A DNA stretch of 62,961 nt, filler included, from Octopus bimaculoides (Eukaryota), in assembly GCF_001194135.2 (NCBI RefSeq). It is 3 parts of 3 records of this genome, joined end to end, with 100 filler letters (N's around TTAATTAATTAA, not from the genome) between each part and the next. Parts side by side here need not be neighbours in the genome. Positions count along the whole stretch, not along the records: positions 38,540 to 62,961 come from NC_069003.1; 2 more parts are not named here. One strand, written 5' to 3'. The notes beneath the pieces were generated by a model, which was given only the letters and a program-made list of their open reading frames with translations, ran no database searches and was not told the origin of the DNA. Every line of letters begins with the position of its first letter. Within the stretch, counting starts at the first letter, position 1. The position numbers and the translations under genes were made by a program. Positions 41,717 through 53,360 of this stretch are shown piece by piece.

Positions 41717-42029
41717 TGAAATATAGTAACTACACAATATATGCTGCAGCACTGGGATGTTAATTTATTTACTGAAAGGCAAACATTTTACTCTTCTGAA
41801 CTCTGAAAATCCCATTCGATAAACCACATGATTAGATCTGTATGTTGTAAATTTTTCTGGGTGTCTCTCCATTTGCTATTTTCAGATCACCTCCAAGCAA
41901 ATCAATTTTATAAATGTTTCCCCCAACGTAGCATAGCAAGGAAGCTTATTAGTCCCTGATTATGTTAATATTGATAAATAACAAGAACACAAAGTAAATT
42001 GTCTGTTTCTGTTTCTATTCTGTCCACAG

Positions 42030-42160
42030 GTCAAATGGTTGGACTGGCTATTGGCATGCTCCTGACAGGTGTCCTCTTGGCCACAATTAGTTTTATACTC
42101 TACCGAAGACTGTTACCAAATAATCTTGCCACAAGACTGTTGAGTAACGAAAATCTATAA
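42030..42160 (+). CDS. Putative terminal coding exon of a single-pass membrane protein
   Basis: Pyrimidine-rich acceptor ...tctattctgtccacag|; (G)QMVGLAIGMLLTGVLLATISFILYRRLLPNNLATRLLSNENL* has a hydrophobic helix followed by RR; unique sequence. Upstream exons not identified. Confidence 0.6.
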
Positions 42161-42415
42161 TACAGAAAAATAACAATTACAATGAAAATGAGAGTTTGGT
42201 ACAGCTCACAGAGTAGGGTACCTCCCCCACCAAAAACAAAAGACCCTTGTATTTTGAAGTCCTTTTTTCATTTATATATTTTTCAACCTTTGCTCATAGG
42301 CAACATCAGCAAGACAACTGTATTGTAGTAATAGTAGTAGTAGTATTAATAGCTCGCTGGGTTGAGAATAAAATACAGTGTCAGCAAATCCTGGGGTTGA
42401 GGGTATTGACTAACA

Positions 42416-42693
42416 CAGGGGTTTTCAAACTTTTTGACTTGCGGACCCCTTTATATTTCAGGCTTTACCTTAGGGACCCCCTTATAAACGCTTATGAAAT
42501 TTATACATAAATATTTGCTTAAAATAACATATATTTTTACATTTATTTATTTAACAGTATTTAACAAATAGGTTTATTGTCAATTAAAAGATTTCGATTA
42601 AAAACATATATAAAATGAAATTGCCCATAAAAAGTATTTGCTGTCTACGGACCCCCTGTCTTGTCCTTGCGGACCGCAGTTTGAAAACCCCTG
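42416..42693. mobile_element. hAT (Charlie-like) MITE
   Basis: TIRs caggggttttcaaact and agtttgaaaacccctg; 8-bp TSD gactaaca at 42408-42415 and 42694-42701. Confidence 0.9.
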
Positions 42694-42769
42694 GACTAAC
42701 ACAACCACCCCTAAAAAATGCCGGCCTTGTGCCAAAATTCGAAACCACCATTGCTATTGTTATTAAGGT

Positions 42770-42956
42770 GATGAGCTGACAGAATCATTCGCATGCTGGG
42801 CAAAATGCATAGTGACATTTCGTCTGTCTTTACATTCTGAGTTCAAATGCTGCTGAGGTCGGGGTTGATAAAATAAGTACCAGTTAAATACTGGGGTCAG
42901 TGTAATTGACTTACACTCTTCCCCCAAACTGCTGCCCTTGTGGCAAAATTTGAAAC

Positions 42957-42995
<39 letters not shown>

Positions 42996-43390
42996 GGCGG
43001 CAAGCTAGCAGAATTGTTAGCATGCGGGGCAAGATGCTTAATGGTATTTCATCTGTCTTCACATTCTGAGTTCAAATTCTGCTGAGGTCGACTTTGCTTT
43101 TCATCCTATTGGGGGGGGGGTCATTAAAATAAGTACCAGTTGAATACTGGGTCAATGTAATTGACTATCCCCGCCCCAAAATTTCAGGCCTCATGCCTAT
43201 AGTAGGAAGGATTTATTATCATTATCATTAGCATGCTGGGAAAAATGCTTAGTGGCATTTCATCCATGTTTATGATCCTATCGGGGGTTAGTAAAATAAG
43301 TACCAGTCGAGTACTGGGTTGATTTAATCCACTAGCCGTCTCCCGGGAAGATGCTGGCTTTGTGCCAAAATTCGAAATCGTTATTATTGT
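42770..43390 (+). mobile_element. Three head-to-tail SINE family B copies separated by ATT repeats
   Basis: Heads near 42775, 42993 and 43230 (truncated); tails at about 42960, 43215 and 43385. Confidence 0.75.
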
Positions 43391-44091
43391 TATTATTTTG
43401 TCCATTGCTTTGAGGAGAAAGGAGAGTAGTGCACATGACTATTTTTAGGGCCTTCAAGAATGATGGTGACAATGGTGGGGAGGGGGGTATTTGGAAGGGA
43501 GAAAATTTCTCTGAAGGAACTTGTGCCGAATTCTTGCAGTAAAAATTTTGCTTGATCATGGGTCATTATGAAATAACTAGGGTGGTTGTTGCATTAACAG
43601 AAACGGTAGAGCACCAGAGTAAATAAAATCCTGGCAGAATTTAGTCTTATTCCTCTTTTATCCAGGAATATTAAATTTTACCAGGAGCACTTTTTGTTTT
43701 CTATACATCCACCTTTATCTTTCTCTCTCTGTCTTTACTTCTCCCACTCTCTCTGTCTTTATCTCTCTCCCCCCTCTCTCTCTCTCTCTCTGAGAGTGCT
43801 TGCCAAATTTCTCTCACGTCCAAAAACAAATATGTATATGTTTTATAAAATTAATAAATTCTAACACACGAACATTTTAAATTTTATTTTATTTTATATT
43901 CTTCAAGGTATCGAGGGAGAGTCATCACACCAATATTACACACACACTGGTTCAATTCCACTCTTTTTCTTTATTATTAGTCAATTGGTTAAATATCCAA
44001 CTTACTAATTTCTTTTGTTTTTGTTTGTCAAAGGTTGCAAGTAGCAACAAAATGTCTTTGACAAATCAAATCAAATCAAATTGGTATGATC

Positions 44092-44411
44092 AATATTTAA
44101 CCAATTGACAAATTAAAAAGAACAGGAGTCAAATTGTACCAGTTCGTGTGTTAATTATATTGGCATAATGACTCTCCCTAGACACAACAAAATTTGTTTC
44201 AACACACAAATTCATATAAAGAATCTTGCAAACCAGATACAAAAACGAAGTTGAATATTTAACCAATTGACTAATTAGAAAGAACAGGAATCAAATTGTA
44301 CCAGTACGTGTGTTAATTATATTGGCATAATGACTCTCCCTAGACACAACAAAATTTGTTTCAACACAAATTCACATAAAGAATCTTGCAAGCCAGATAA
44401 AAAAACGAAGT
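44092..44411. repeat. About 160-bp direct tandem duplication
   Basis: Units start with aatatttaaccaattgac at 44092 and 44254. Confidence 0.85.
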
Positions 44412-44509
44412 ATTTTTTTGAGGATTACCCTTTATATAATGACATCAGGGCCGATTTCTTGGTAAGTTATTATTTGAGGTTAAAAAAACTCAGCCAATTT
44501 CCTCATACA

Positions 44510-44935
44510 TATATGTATATGTATGTGTGTGTATATGTTTTGTGTGTCTGTTTGTCCCCCCCAACATCCCAACATCGCTTGACAACCAATGATGGTGTGT
44601 TTGTGTCCCCGTAACTTAGCGGTTCGGCAAAAGAGACCGATAGAATAAGTACTAGGCTTGCAAAGAATAAGTCCTGGGGTCGAGTTGCTCTACTAGAGGT
44701 GGTGCTCCAGCATGGTCGCAGTCAAATGACTGAAACAAGTAAAAGTGTAAAAGAGAATGTTGTTTCATCTTTCTTTTGTCTTTTACTTGTTTCAGTCATA
44801 AGACTGTGGCCATGCTGGGGCACCACTTTGAAGAAGTTTTAATCAAATGAATTGACCCCAGTACTTTTCCTTTTTGTAAGCCTGATACTTATTCTATTGA
44901 TTTCTTTTGATGAGCCACTAGATTACAGGGACATA
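44510..44935. mobile_element. Two SINE family A 3' modules, tail-to-tail inverted
   Basis: + copy 44510-44755 and older - copy 44775-44935. Confidence 0.7.
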
Positions 44936-45247
44936 TTGTCTGTAGGATTTCATTTTGTATGTTATCAAGTAGAAAATTATCTCAATGTTTAAGCCACTGA
45001 CTTGCTTCTGCACTGCATTCTTTGGCAAGTTCTTTTATGAGATATACAAAGTTTCCTGTGTCATGTCCATACTCTCACAATAGTAGGCCTTGCCTACCAC
45101 AGAATCTGACCACTTTGAAAATAGTATTTAATGCTTACTAGGCTACTTCTTGTCACCGAATTGGCTGCTTATTCAGAGTCGTGGATATGTCTATCTTTGG
45201 CCAAAAGTGCCAACTGCTTTTGACCAGTTTGGGTTAGATTTAGATGT

Positions 45248-45780
45248 TTGATGAAAATTTTTGATGGAAGATATTTGACGAAAAACTTCTACTTAATCAC
45301 AATAAACAATAAACACACCAGAAATACCCCAGAAAGACAGTGCAACTACAGATCCCCAAACTGTTGCCCTCTAAACAACAACTGCCTCAAGAAAGAACTT
45401 GTATACAAGGCCAAGATTACGGACCCCAATGGAATACCAAAGATGTATATTGGAATGACAGGAAACTTGCTCAAGGAAAGGTATATGCAACATCTTGTAT
45501 CATTCAAAAACCAAAATAAAAAAAACATATGACACCCCTATCAAATATAATATGGACATTGAAAGTAGGTAGAATAAACAACCCCAAAATAGAATGGAAA
45601 ATTATTGCTAAAAATACAGAGGACAGGGCACCAAAATGTGAACTCTGCATTACTGAAAAATTAAATACTATTCAATCAATGGATAACATCTTAAACATTA
45701 TAGATGAAACCTCTCCCTGCTACATAAGCAATATTTTACACTCAAATACTTTAAAGAAGACTCCCTGTAAACAAGGGTAA
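45248..45780 (+). pseudogene. Penelope-like GIY-YIG endonuclease relic
   Basis: CNYRSPNCCPLNNNCLKKELVYKAKI...MYIGMTG...KERYMQHLVSF...LSNIIWTLK...KCELCITEK; same architecture as 24630-25148, with a frameshift. Confidence 0.85.
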
Positions 45781-45804
45781 TTATAAATGAGGACAACCCG
45801 TCAG

Positions 45805-46376
45805 AGTGTAAGTAAGTATCTTGAGAGAAAAGCTGAACATTAGAAGCATCAGTTGTGGCGTGCAAGAGAGACGATTGCGCTGGTATGGACATGTGGTGAG
45901 AATGGAGGAGGATAGCTGCGTGAAAAAGTGCCACACCCTNNNNNNNNNNNNNNNNNNNNNNNNNNNNNNNNNNNNNNNNNNNNNNNNNNNNNNNNNNNNN
46001 NNNNNNNNNNNNNNNNNNNNNNNNNNNNNNNNNNNNNNNNNNNNNNNNNNNNNNNNNNNNNNNNNNCAGTACCGCCTGACTGGCTCCTGTAGGATTTTCG
46101 AGCGAGATCGTTGCCAGTGCCCCTGGACTGGCTTGTGCGGGTGGCACATAAAAGACACCATTTCGAGCGTGGCCGTTTTCGTGCGGGTGACACGTAAAAG
46201 CACCCACTACACTCTCTGAGTGGTTGGCGTTAGGAAGGGCATCCAGCTGTAGAAACTCTGCCAAATCAGACTGGAGCCTGGTGTTGCCATCCGGTTTCAC
46301 CAGTCCTCAGTCAAATCGTCCAACCCATGCTAGCATGGAAAGCGGACGTTAAACGATGATGATGATGATGATGATG
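45805..46376 (+). mobile_element. RTE LINE 3' end (ORF C-terminus, 3' UTR, (GAT)n)
   Basis: REKLNIRSISCGVQERRLRWYGHVVRMEED, the typical RTE RLRW.GHV.R motif, followed by a UTR ending acgttaaacgatgatgatg. Confidence 0.85.
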
Positions 46377-47369
46377 AACCCTACCATGATATCCCCTCCA
46401 CATACATGAACACACATAGCACACAAACTTCGTACAATAAAGAAGAAATGTCACAAACTCCACACAAAGAAGAAATAAGTCCTAACATACAAGTACAAAA
46501 CACCTTGCACAGAATAAGATCAAACAAATAATACTAAAAAATTAAGAAATTGACCAAAAAGACAAATTCAAGGGAGACAAACTCCAAAAAATGCCTTCTG
46601 GAGTAGCATCCCTTGATTCCTTGTTTCATTTATGTGAATTCATGGGAAATCCCGTAAACGAAACGAGATTTTTTCCAAAATGGAAGCAAACACTTTTCTT
46701 CATGTGATTGGCTAGAAAAAATTGTTAAGATACTTGGATATTTTCCCACTCTTCTTAACATGAAACCAATGGTAGCCTTAATTCACAAATAAAGAATATA
46801 TATATATTTTTTTCTATAATATAAATTGAACATGGGCAATTGTTGTATTCTTTCTTGTCTTGAGGTTCACAGCCAAACAGCTGGGTGGATTCGTGTGAAA
46901 AATGGCACACATTTGGAGATGGGTGTATAGATTGGAATGTAGTTTGTATATTTTTCCTAGCCCCCATACTTACCAAGAAAATCGATTAAAACGTTTCTAA
47001 TGGAATTCCCCTGTTTGTTCCACCATTAAAACAACCAGTTGCTCACACAGCCGGCATATACCATTTCCCTAGCAACAAAGGGAGTACAGGATGACAGTCA
47101 GCCAATTTTGATGCTGATGATGCTTTGATTCAGTAGTATATCTTTCTAGAGAATTCCCTTGGGAATTTTATGACCAGTTTCATCAGTTAACATTATGGAC
47201 TTTTTTTTTATTTGTTTTTGTCCTTTGTTCTTGTTTTGGGCAGAAACCTAACTTTAAGCAACTTTTTACAGATCAAATTTTAGACACTATCTTCTAAACC
47301 AGGCAAAGTATGTAGGGGGTGCAAATTTTGATTTTGTACCCCACAAAACATTTAGGGGATGCAAGTGTT

Positions 47370-47699
47370 TTTGGGCCCTTGGGGGAACATCATAGCTATG
47401 TGCTGAGAGGAATTCTTCTTCCTGGAAACATGGGAGTTTCATTCAACATCTTTAAACCATCCTTATTCAGGGACCTTTTGATCAGGGTGGGCTACTTGAC
47501 CTGAAGAAAATTCTAACTGGGCCCAACCTGTAAGGTCATGCGCTATTTATCTTGATAAGAGTTTACCATGTTTCGCACATATGGTTGTGATGCATGTGCC
47601 TGGTGTACCCTTATCAGATGGGTAGTGATGATGGGTATACTGGGCTTCTTATATTTATACCCTAGTGTCACTTTGATGGCATGCGCTGCTCTCTCACTC

Positions 47700-47747
<48 letters not shown>
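47370..47747 (+). mobile_element. 5'-truncated copy of the (AAT)n-tailed retroposon at 4170-4770
   Basis: Sequence homology and the same 3' end. Confidence 0.7.
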
Positions 47748-47748
<1 letters not shown>

Positions 47749-48497
47749 TGCCAACAACAAAATGAGACCATCGATCATGTTGTCTCTATGTGCAGTCTGC
47801 TTGCGCCTACAGAGTATCTCAATAGGCATGATAGAGCTGCACAATATATTCACTGGGTANNNNNNNNNNNNNNNNNNNNNNNNNNNNNNNNNNNNNNNNN
47901 NNNNNNNNNNNNNNNNNNNNNNNNNNNNNNNNNNNNNNNNNNNNNNNNNNNNNNNNNNNNNNNNNNNNNNNNNNNNNNNNNNNNNNNNNNNNNNNNNNNN
48001 NNNNNNNNNNNNNNNNNNNNNNNNNNNNNNNNNNNNNNNNNNNNNNNNNNNNNNNNNNNNNNNNNNNNNNNNNNNNNNNNNNNNNNNNNNNNNNNNNNNN
48101 NNNNNNNNNNNNNNNNNNNNNNNNNNNNNNNNNNNNNNNNNNNNNNNNNNNNNNNNCTATTGTCATAGGTGCCCTGGGAATGACAGCGAAACGGGCTGAT
48201 TACTACCTAGCTCAGATACCAGGAAACCCCAAAATGGCTGAAGTTCAAAAGATAATGCTCATGGGAACTGCCCATATCCTACGTAAAATACTGTCTATGT
48301 GATCTCAAATTTTAAAACAAACACAATTTTCTTATGGTTTCTTAAACATTCTCTAGTACAAATCCAAATGTACAAATCCAAATATATGGTACCCTAGGCA
48401 TAACACCTACATGAACTTCTAACTTGTTGTCTCTTGAGGTCTCTGGGTGAGACTTGGATCCAACTTGTACAAATGCAAAACAAAAGTCAAACATAAA
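47748..48497 (+). mobile_element. R4/Dong-clade (restriction-like endonuclease) LINE 3' fragment in (AAT)n
   Basis: ETIDHVVSMCSLLAPTEYLNRHDRAAQYIHW zinc-knuckle segment; IVIGALG...VQKIMLMGTAHILRKILSM* (stop 48300-48302); AAT repeats on both sides. Confidence 0.8.
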
Positions 48498-48629
48498 ATA
48501 ATAATAATAATAATTGTTTCTACTATAGGCCCAAGGCCTGAAATTTGTGAGGAGGGAGCTAATTGTTTACATCAACATTGGTGCTCAACTTGTATTTATT
48601 TCATCAACCTTGAAAAGGAGAAAGTAAGC

Positions 48630-49640
48630 CTTAGCAGTTTCATTGGAAAGCTAATAGAATTGCTTTTCTGTATGGCGTTCAGCTTCATCATGGCCAGTAG
48701 AGGCCAAACTGAGTCTTGTTATCTCATTTTGAGACCTGCTGTCATTGGTCAAAGTAAATCCTAGGTACTTGAAGACGTCCACTTCATCAAGTCTCTCTCT
48801 CTGTTTAGCATGATATCAGTTGCTGTGTTCTGGTTGTTACTATTAACTGTGATCTTGCTCTTTTCTGGGTTGATCTTCATCGTGTATGCTCCAGATACTT
48901 TTTTCAGTCTGGTGGTGAGATCCCGAAGGTCTGCTTCACTGATTCCTAACTGCAACGTGTAGGTTGGAGATGGGCTGTTCTTCAATAGAGGAAAGCACTG
49001 GAAAAAGCAGATGTCCCTGTCAAGCACCTACTGTTCATCATCATCATCATCATCGTTTAACGTCCGCTTCCCATGCTAGCATGGGTTGGACGATTTGACT
49101 GAGGACTGGTGAAACCAGAAGGCTGCACCAGGCTCCAATCTGATCTGGCAGAGTTTTTACAGCTGGATGCCCTTCCTAACGCCAACCACTCCGAGAGTGT
49201 AGTGGGTGCTTTTACGTGCCACTGGCACGAGGGCCAGTCACACGGTACTGGCAACAGCCATGCTCAAAAAGGTGTTTTTTACGTGCCACCTGCACAGGAG
49301 CCAGTCCAAGGGTACTAGCAACGACCTCGCTCAAATGATTTTCTAAACGTGCCACCAGCACAAGTGCTGTTGTTCTGAAGAATTCTCCAATGTTGTCCAG
49401 GAGAACTGCAGTTTGAGTTTTCATACAATTCTTGGATTACTCTGATGTCTATTTTTGAAGTTGTAATTCTTCATCGCCTGCCACAACCCATCATGCCAAA
49501 CTTGGTCAGATGCCTTTTTGAAGTTGGCGATGTTGTGATAGAGGTCAGATTGGTGCTGCAGATGTTTCTCACTGAGCAGTCTGATGTTAAATATCTGCTC
49601 CTCAATATTCCTTTCAGGCCTAAATCCTGCCTAGCACTTT
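48630..49640 (-). pseudogene. RTE-clade reverse transcriptase fragment, interrupted by a younger RTE 3' end (about 49037-49365)
   Basis: AGFRPERNIEEQIFNIRLLSEKH...NFKKASDQVWHDGLW, then MKINPEKSK...LDEVDVFKYLG. Confidence 0.85.
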
Positions 49641-49770
49641 GTCCTGTGTATCACATGTGACACACAGGACAGGCAAAGAGTTACAGAAAGTCATGAGGGA
49701 AAGAGAGTCATTGAAGTGGGGTTGAGGGACACACTTCTGTGTTAAACATTTAATAATTAGAATGGATGGG

Positions 49771-50550
49771 GGATCTAGTTCAAAACGGGGGCCCCAGTAT
49801 TTTCTTAACGAAACACTTTGAAACTTGGGACACTGGTAGAATGTGTCATATAAAACATCTTTTTCTCTTAGTCTTCTTAAGAAAAATTATTATATTGCAA
49901 CTTATTTCATGTTAAAGTTGTCGTATTTCTGTAATTTCAACCAATGACTGACGTCCATTCAGCCGAATACATTAAGTGCTGACTACGTAAACAAACGATT
50001 CTCAAACGATTCTCGGCGGTGATAAAATTATTATTTCCTTGTCAAAAAATGACTGAAGCATATTGGCAGTAGCTAATAAACCTTTCTATTATAGGCACAA
50101 GGCCTGGTTTTTGATGGAAGGGTTAGGGTTAGGGCAAATGTTGTACACATACNNNNNNNNNNNNNNNNNNNNNNNNNNNNNNNNNNNNNNNNNNNNNNNN
50201 NNNNNNNNNNNNNNNNNNNNNNNNNNNNNNNNNNNNNNNNNNNNNNNNNAAGGAAAACGAACACACGTGTGTTGCCTCTCTGCAAAATGTCAGAAGTAAT
50301 GGAGATTAAATACGCTTTACACCGCTTAAACTGCCAAAGGAGTAACTGTAAACAGCTGAATACTTGTCAGTGATTGGTTGAAATTATCGAAATAAGACAA
50401 TTTTTTACATGAAATAACTTTGAATACAAACATTTTTTTCTGTTCTATAACACAAAATAAATAAGTATACGAAGTTTGAAAGTCTTTCGGTACCAAAAAC
50501 ACTACATAAAACATAAATGAAAACTGGTGCCCCCGTTTTGAACTAGATCC
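49771..50550. mobile_element. Non-autonomous DNA transposon, GG termini, 8-bp TSD
   Basis: TIR ggatctagttcaaaacgggggc(c/a)ccag at both ends; TSD tggatggg at 49763-49770 and 50551-50558. Confidence 0.85.
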
Positions 50551-50599
50551 TGGATGGGACATTATTGAAGTCAAAAACGTCTTTGTTTGGGATCAAGTT

Positions 50600-50695
50600 T
50601 TCCAGAATGCCACAAATATCACTTGTTGAAATATGGAAATAGCCAGCAGATTGCAGCATTTAGTGCTTTATCCTGTTCAGTGATGAATGCAATAA
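50600..50695 (-). pseudogene. MULE/Mutator transposase relic
   Basis: AFITEQDKALNAAICWLFPYFNK*YLWH resembles the MULE motif ITD.DKAL..AI...FP...H.LC.WH. Confidence 0.5.
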
Positions 50696-50859
50696 CCGAC
50701 CCTTCGAGGCATACCTACATAAGTGTCACCCACTTGACTTTGTTTCCTCATAACTTTCAGGAAGATGGATGGTTTTAATGAAATTTTCTACAAATACTTT
50801 TTAGATTGTAGAGATTACAATTTTATTAGAATTTAATCTATCTTTTAACTGGTTCTGTC

Positions 50860-52414
50860 ATTAGATTGCTGCCATGCTGGGGCACCACCTTCAAGAACTT
50901 TTAGTATTTATTTCCTTTCTTTTAAACCTGGTACTTATTCTCTCAGTCTCTTTTTGCCAAACCACTAAGTTACAGGGACATAAATAATTCAACTCTGGAT
51001 GTCAAGCCACACACACACACACACATATGCGATAGGCTTCTTTCAGTTTCCATCTTCCAAATTCACTCACAAGGCTTTGGTCAGCCCAAGGCAATAGCAG
51101 AAGATGCTTGCCCAAAGTGCCACACTGTGGAACTGAACCTGGAACCATGTGGTTGGGAAGCAAGCTTTTTACCACACAACCTTCACCAATATGTGAAAAC
51201 CAAAAAACAAAACAACCAAATATGGTGGATGTGCACACATATATACTGATACAGATCGCAATTGTTTCAAAGTTTCTAGTTTCATATTTGTAGCTTTTTA
51301 TGTGATGTGTGTCAGTGTGGATGTGTGTGAGCCCAACCATCTTTTTATCATATTAAATTTTGATTTAACCGTAATCTACACCGTCTGAATAGTGTTTCTT
51401 TCACCTCTTACTTGTCTTACAGTCATTAGACTGCAACCCTGCTGGGGCATTGCCTAGAATAATTTTTAGTCAACTGAATTGGCCTCGGGTTTTTTTAAAA
51501 ACCTGTACTTATTCTATTGATGTCATTTTGCTGAACTGCTAAGTGACTGGGACGTAAACACTGACACTAGTTGACAAGTGGTGGTAGGACACACACACAC
51601 ACACACATTGAGTAAGAAAACAAAGAGATTTAATGGATCCAAATTAATTATACATACATGCATAGTAAACATGTTTATATATTCTGTATATTCTGAAAGT
51701 CTCTTAATGTAATCTTTATTGTTCTCTAAAATCTCTGATGATTTTCTTTATAAGGTATTTAAAATGCAAAATTATATTTTTATATGCTTTGTAATTTCAA
51801 CCTTATTTGAGAAATGAAACAATTGTTGGTTAATGAATTAATTTGTATCCATTAGATCGCTCTGTATTCTAACTCAATAAAAATGTTTGATATCTCACGA
51901 TATTCTATGTATATAATATATTTATTCTCGTATATAATATATTTATTGAAGAATTATCTCTTCAAAAATTAATATATTAAACTGGTGTATCTTGGATAAA
52001 TATCCCTATAAGAGGTTTGAATATCTTCATTGTGACTATATATATACATATATGATGGGCTTCTTTTAGTTTTTGTCTACCAAATCCACTCACAAAGACT
52101 TGCTTTGCCCAAAGTTATAGTAGAAGACACTTGCCCAAGTTTCTGTGCAGTGGGACTGAACTCAGAACCATGTGGTTGGGAAGTAAAGGTCATACTACAC
52201 AGCCGTACCTGCACCTATCTACTCTCTTTTACCAATTGACTGTGGCCATGCTGGAGTACCACCTTTAGTCGAACAAATCGACCCCAGGACTTATTCTTTG
52301 TAAGCCTAGTACTTATTCTATCGGTTTCTTTTGCCAAACTGCTAAGTTACGTAAACACACCAGCATCTGTTGTCACACGATGTTGGGGGGACAAACACAG
52401 ACACACAAACGTAT

Positions 52415-52497
<83 letters not shown>

Positions 52498-52592
52498 ACG
52501 GGCTTCTTTCAGTTTCGGTCTACCAAATCCACTCACAAGGCTTTGGTCGGCCCGAGGCTATAGTAGAAGACACTTGCCCAAAGTGCCACGCA
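50860..52592 (-). mobile_element. Cluster of four SINE family A copies or fragments (about 50860-51185, 51410-51600, 52045-52215, 52225-52592)
   Basis: Homology to family A; the first three are heavily CpG-depleted. Confidence 0.75.
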
Positions 52593-53093
52593 GATTTCTT
52601 AAAAAATACCCCTTTTCCTGAAAGCTATGAGGAAACAAAGTCAGATGGATAACACTTGTTTAGATCTGCCTCTGGAGATTGATTATTGCATTTTCTATGC
52701 ATTTTCCGACTTCCCAGTTGTGCAACCAATTGAGACACTTGGTGTTGAATTGATGCTTTTTTCTTTCTTTTTTCTTTCTCCCTTTTTTCTTCATTTTCTT
52801 TCTTTTGTCATTCATGTTTGTATTTTCTTCAGTTTTAGATTTGTATTTTAATGTGGTTTTGTATCAAATATGTATCATATCCATACATGTCATATTCCAA
52901 TAAATAATTTCCATATTTACAAAGCTACAGCACAAATTTGTCCTACTTTGGAAACCTTTTAGGCCTAAGGTACTACAAGGAGGAATTGAACCTGAAGTCT
53001 TAGGCCTGTGATATAAACTTCTTCACTATTTAGCCATAGGTATAAGTGTGTATGTGTATATTTAGCCATAGGTATTTGTGTATAGGTATATTT

Positions 53094-53360
53094 GGTACTA
53101 CTAAAGCAGCGCGGACCCGAACGCGCAGTCGCGCGTCCGCGCTAGCTAGTCTTGAGTGGTCGATCCTAACCCTAACCCTATCCCTAACCCTAACCCTAAC
53201 CCTGTCCCTAACCCTAACCCTATCCCTAACCCTAACCCTAACCCGCGTGTGCAAATGTATACGTGTTTAGGGTTAGGGTTAGGGTTAGGATCGACCACTC
53301 ACGACTACCTAGCGCGGACGCGCAACTGCGCGTTCGGGTCCGCGCTGCTTTAGTAGTACC
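53094..53360. mobile_element. MITE with long TIRs enclosing telomeric (CCCTAA)n/(TTAGGG)n, 9-bp TSD (Merlin- or Mutator-like)
   Basis: About 72-bp TIR starting GGTACTACTAAAGCAGCGCGG (3 mismatches) that continues into the telomeric repeats; TSD ggtatattt at 53085-53093 and 53361-53369. Confidence 0.9.

Noticed and set aside
50117-50132. Short gggttagggttaggg
   Set aside because: Only two telomere units inside a SINE tail next to a gap; not linked to the telomeric MITE.
52627-52851. Lys-rich minus-strand and Phe-rich plus-strand frames
   Set aside because: Purine/pyrimidine low-complexity tract without coherent splice sites.
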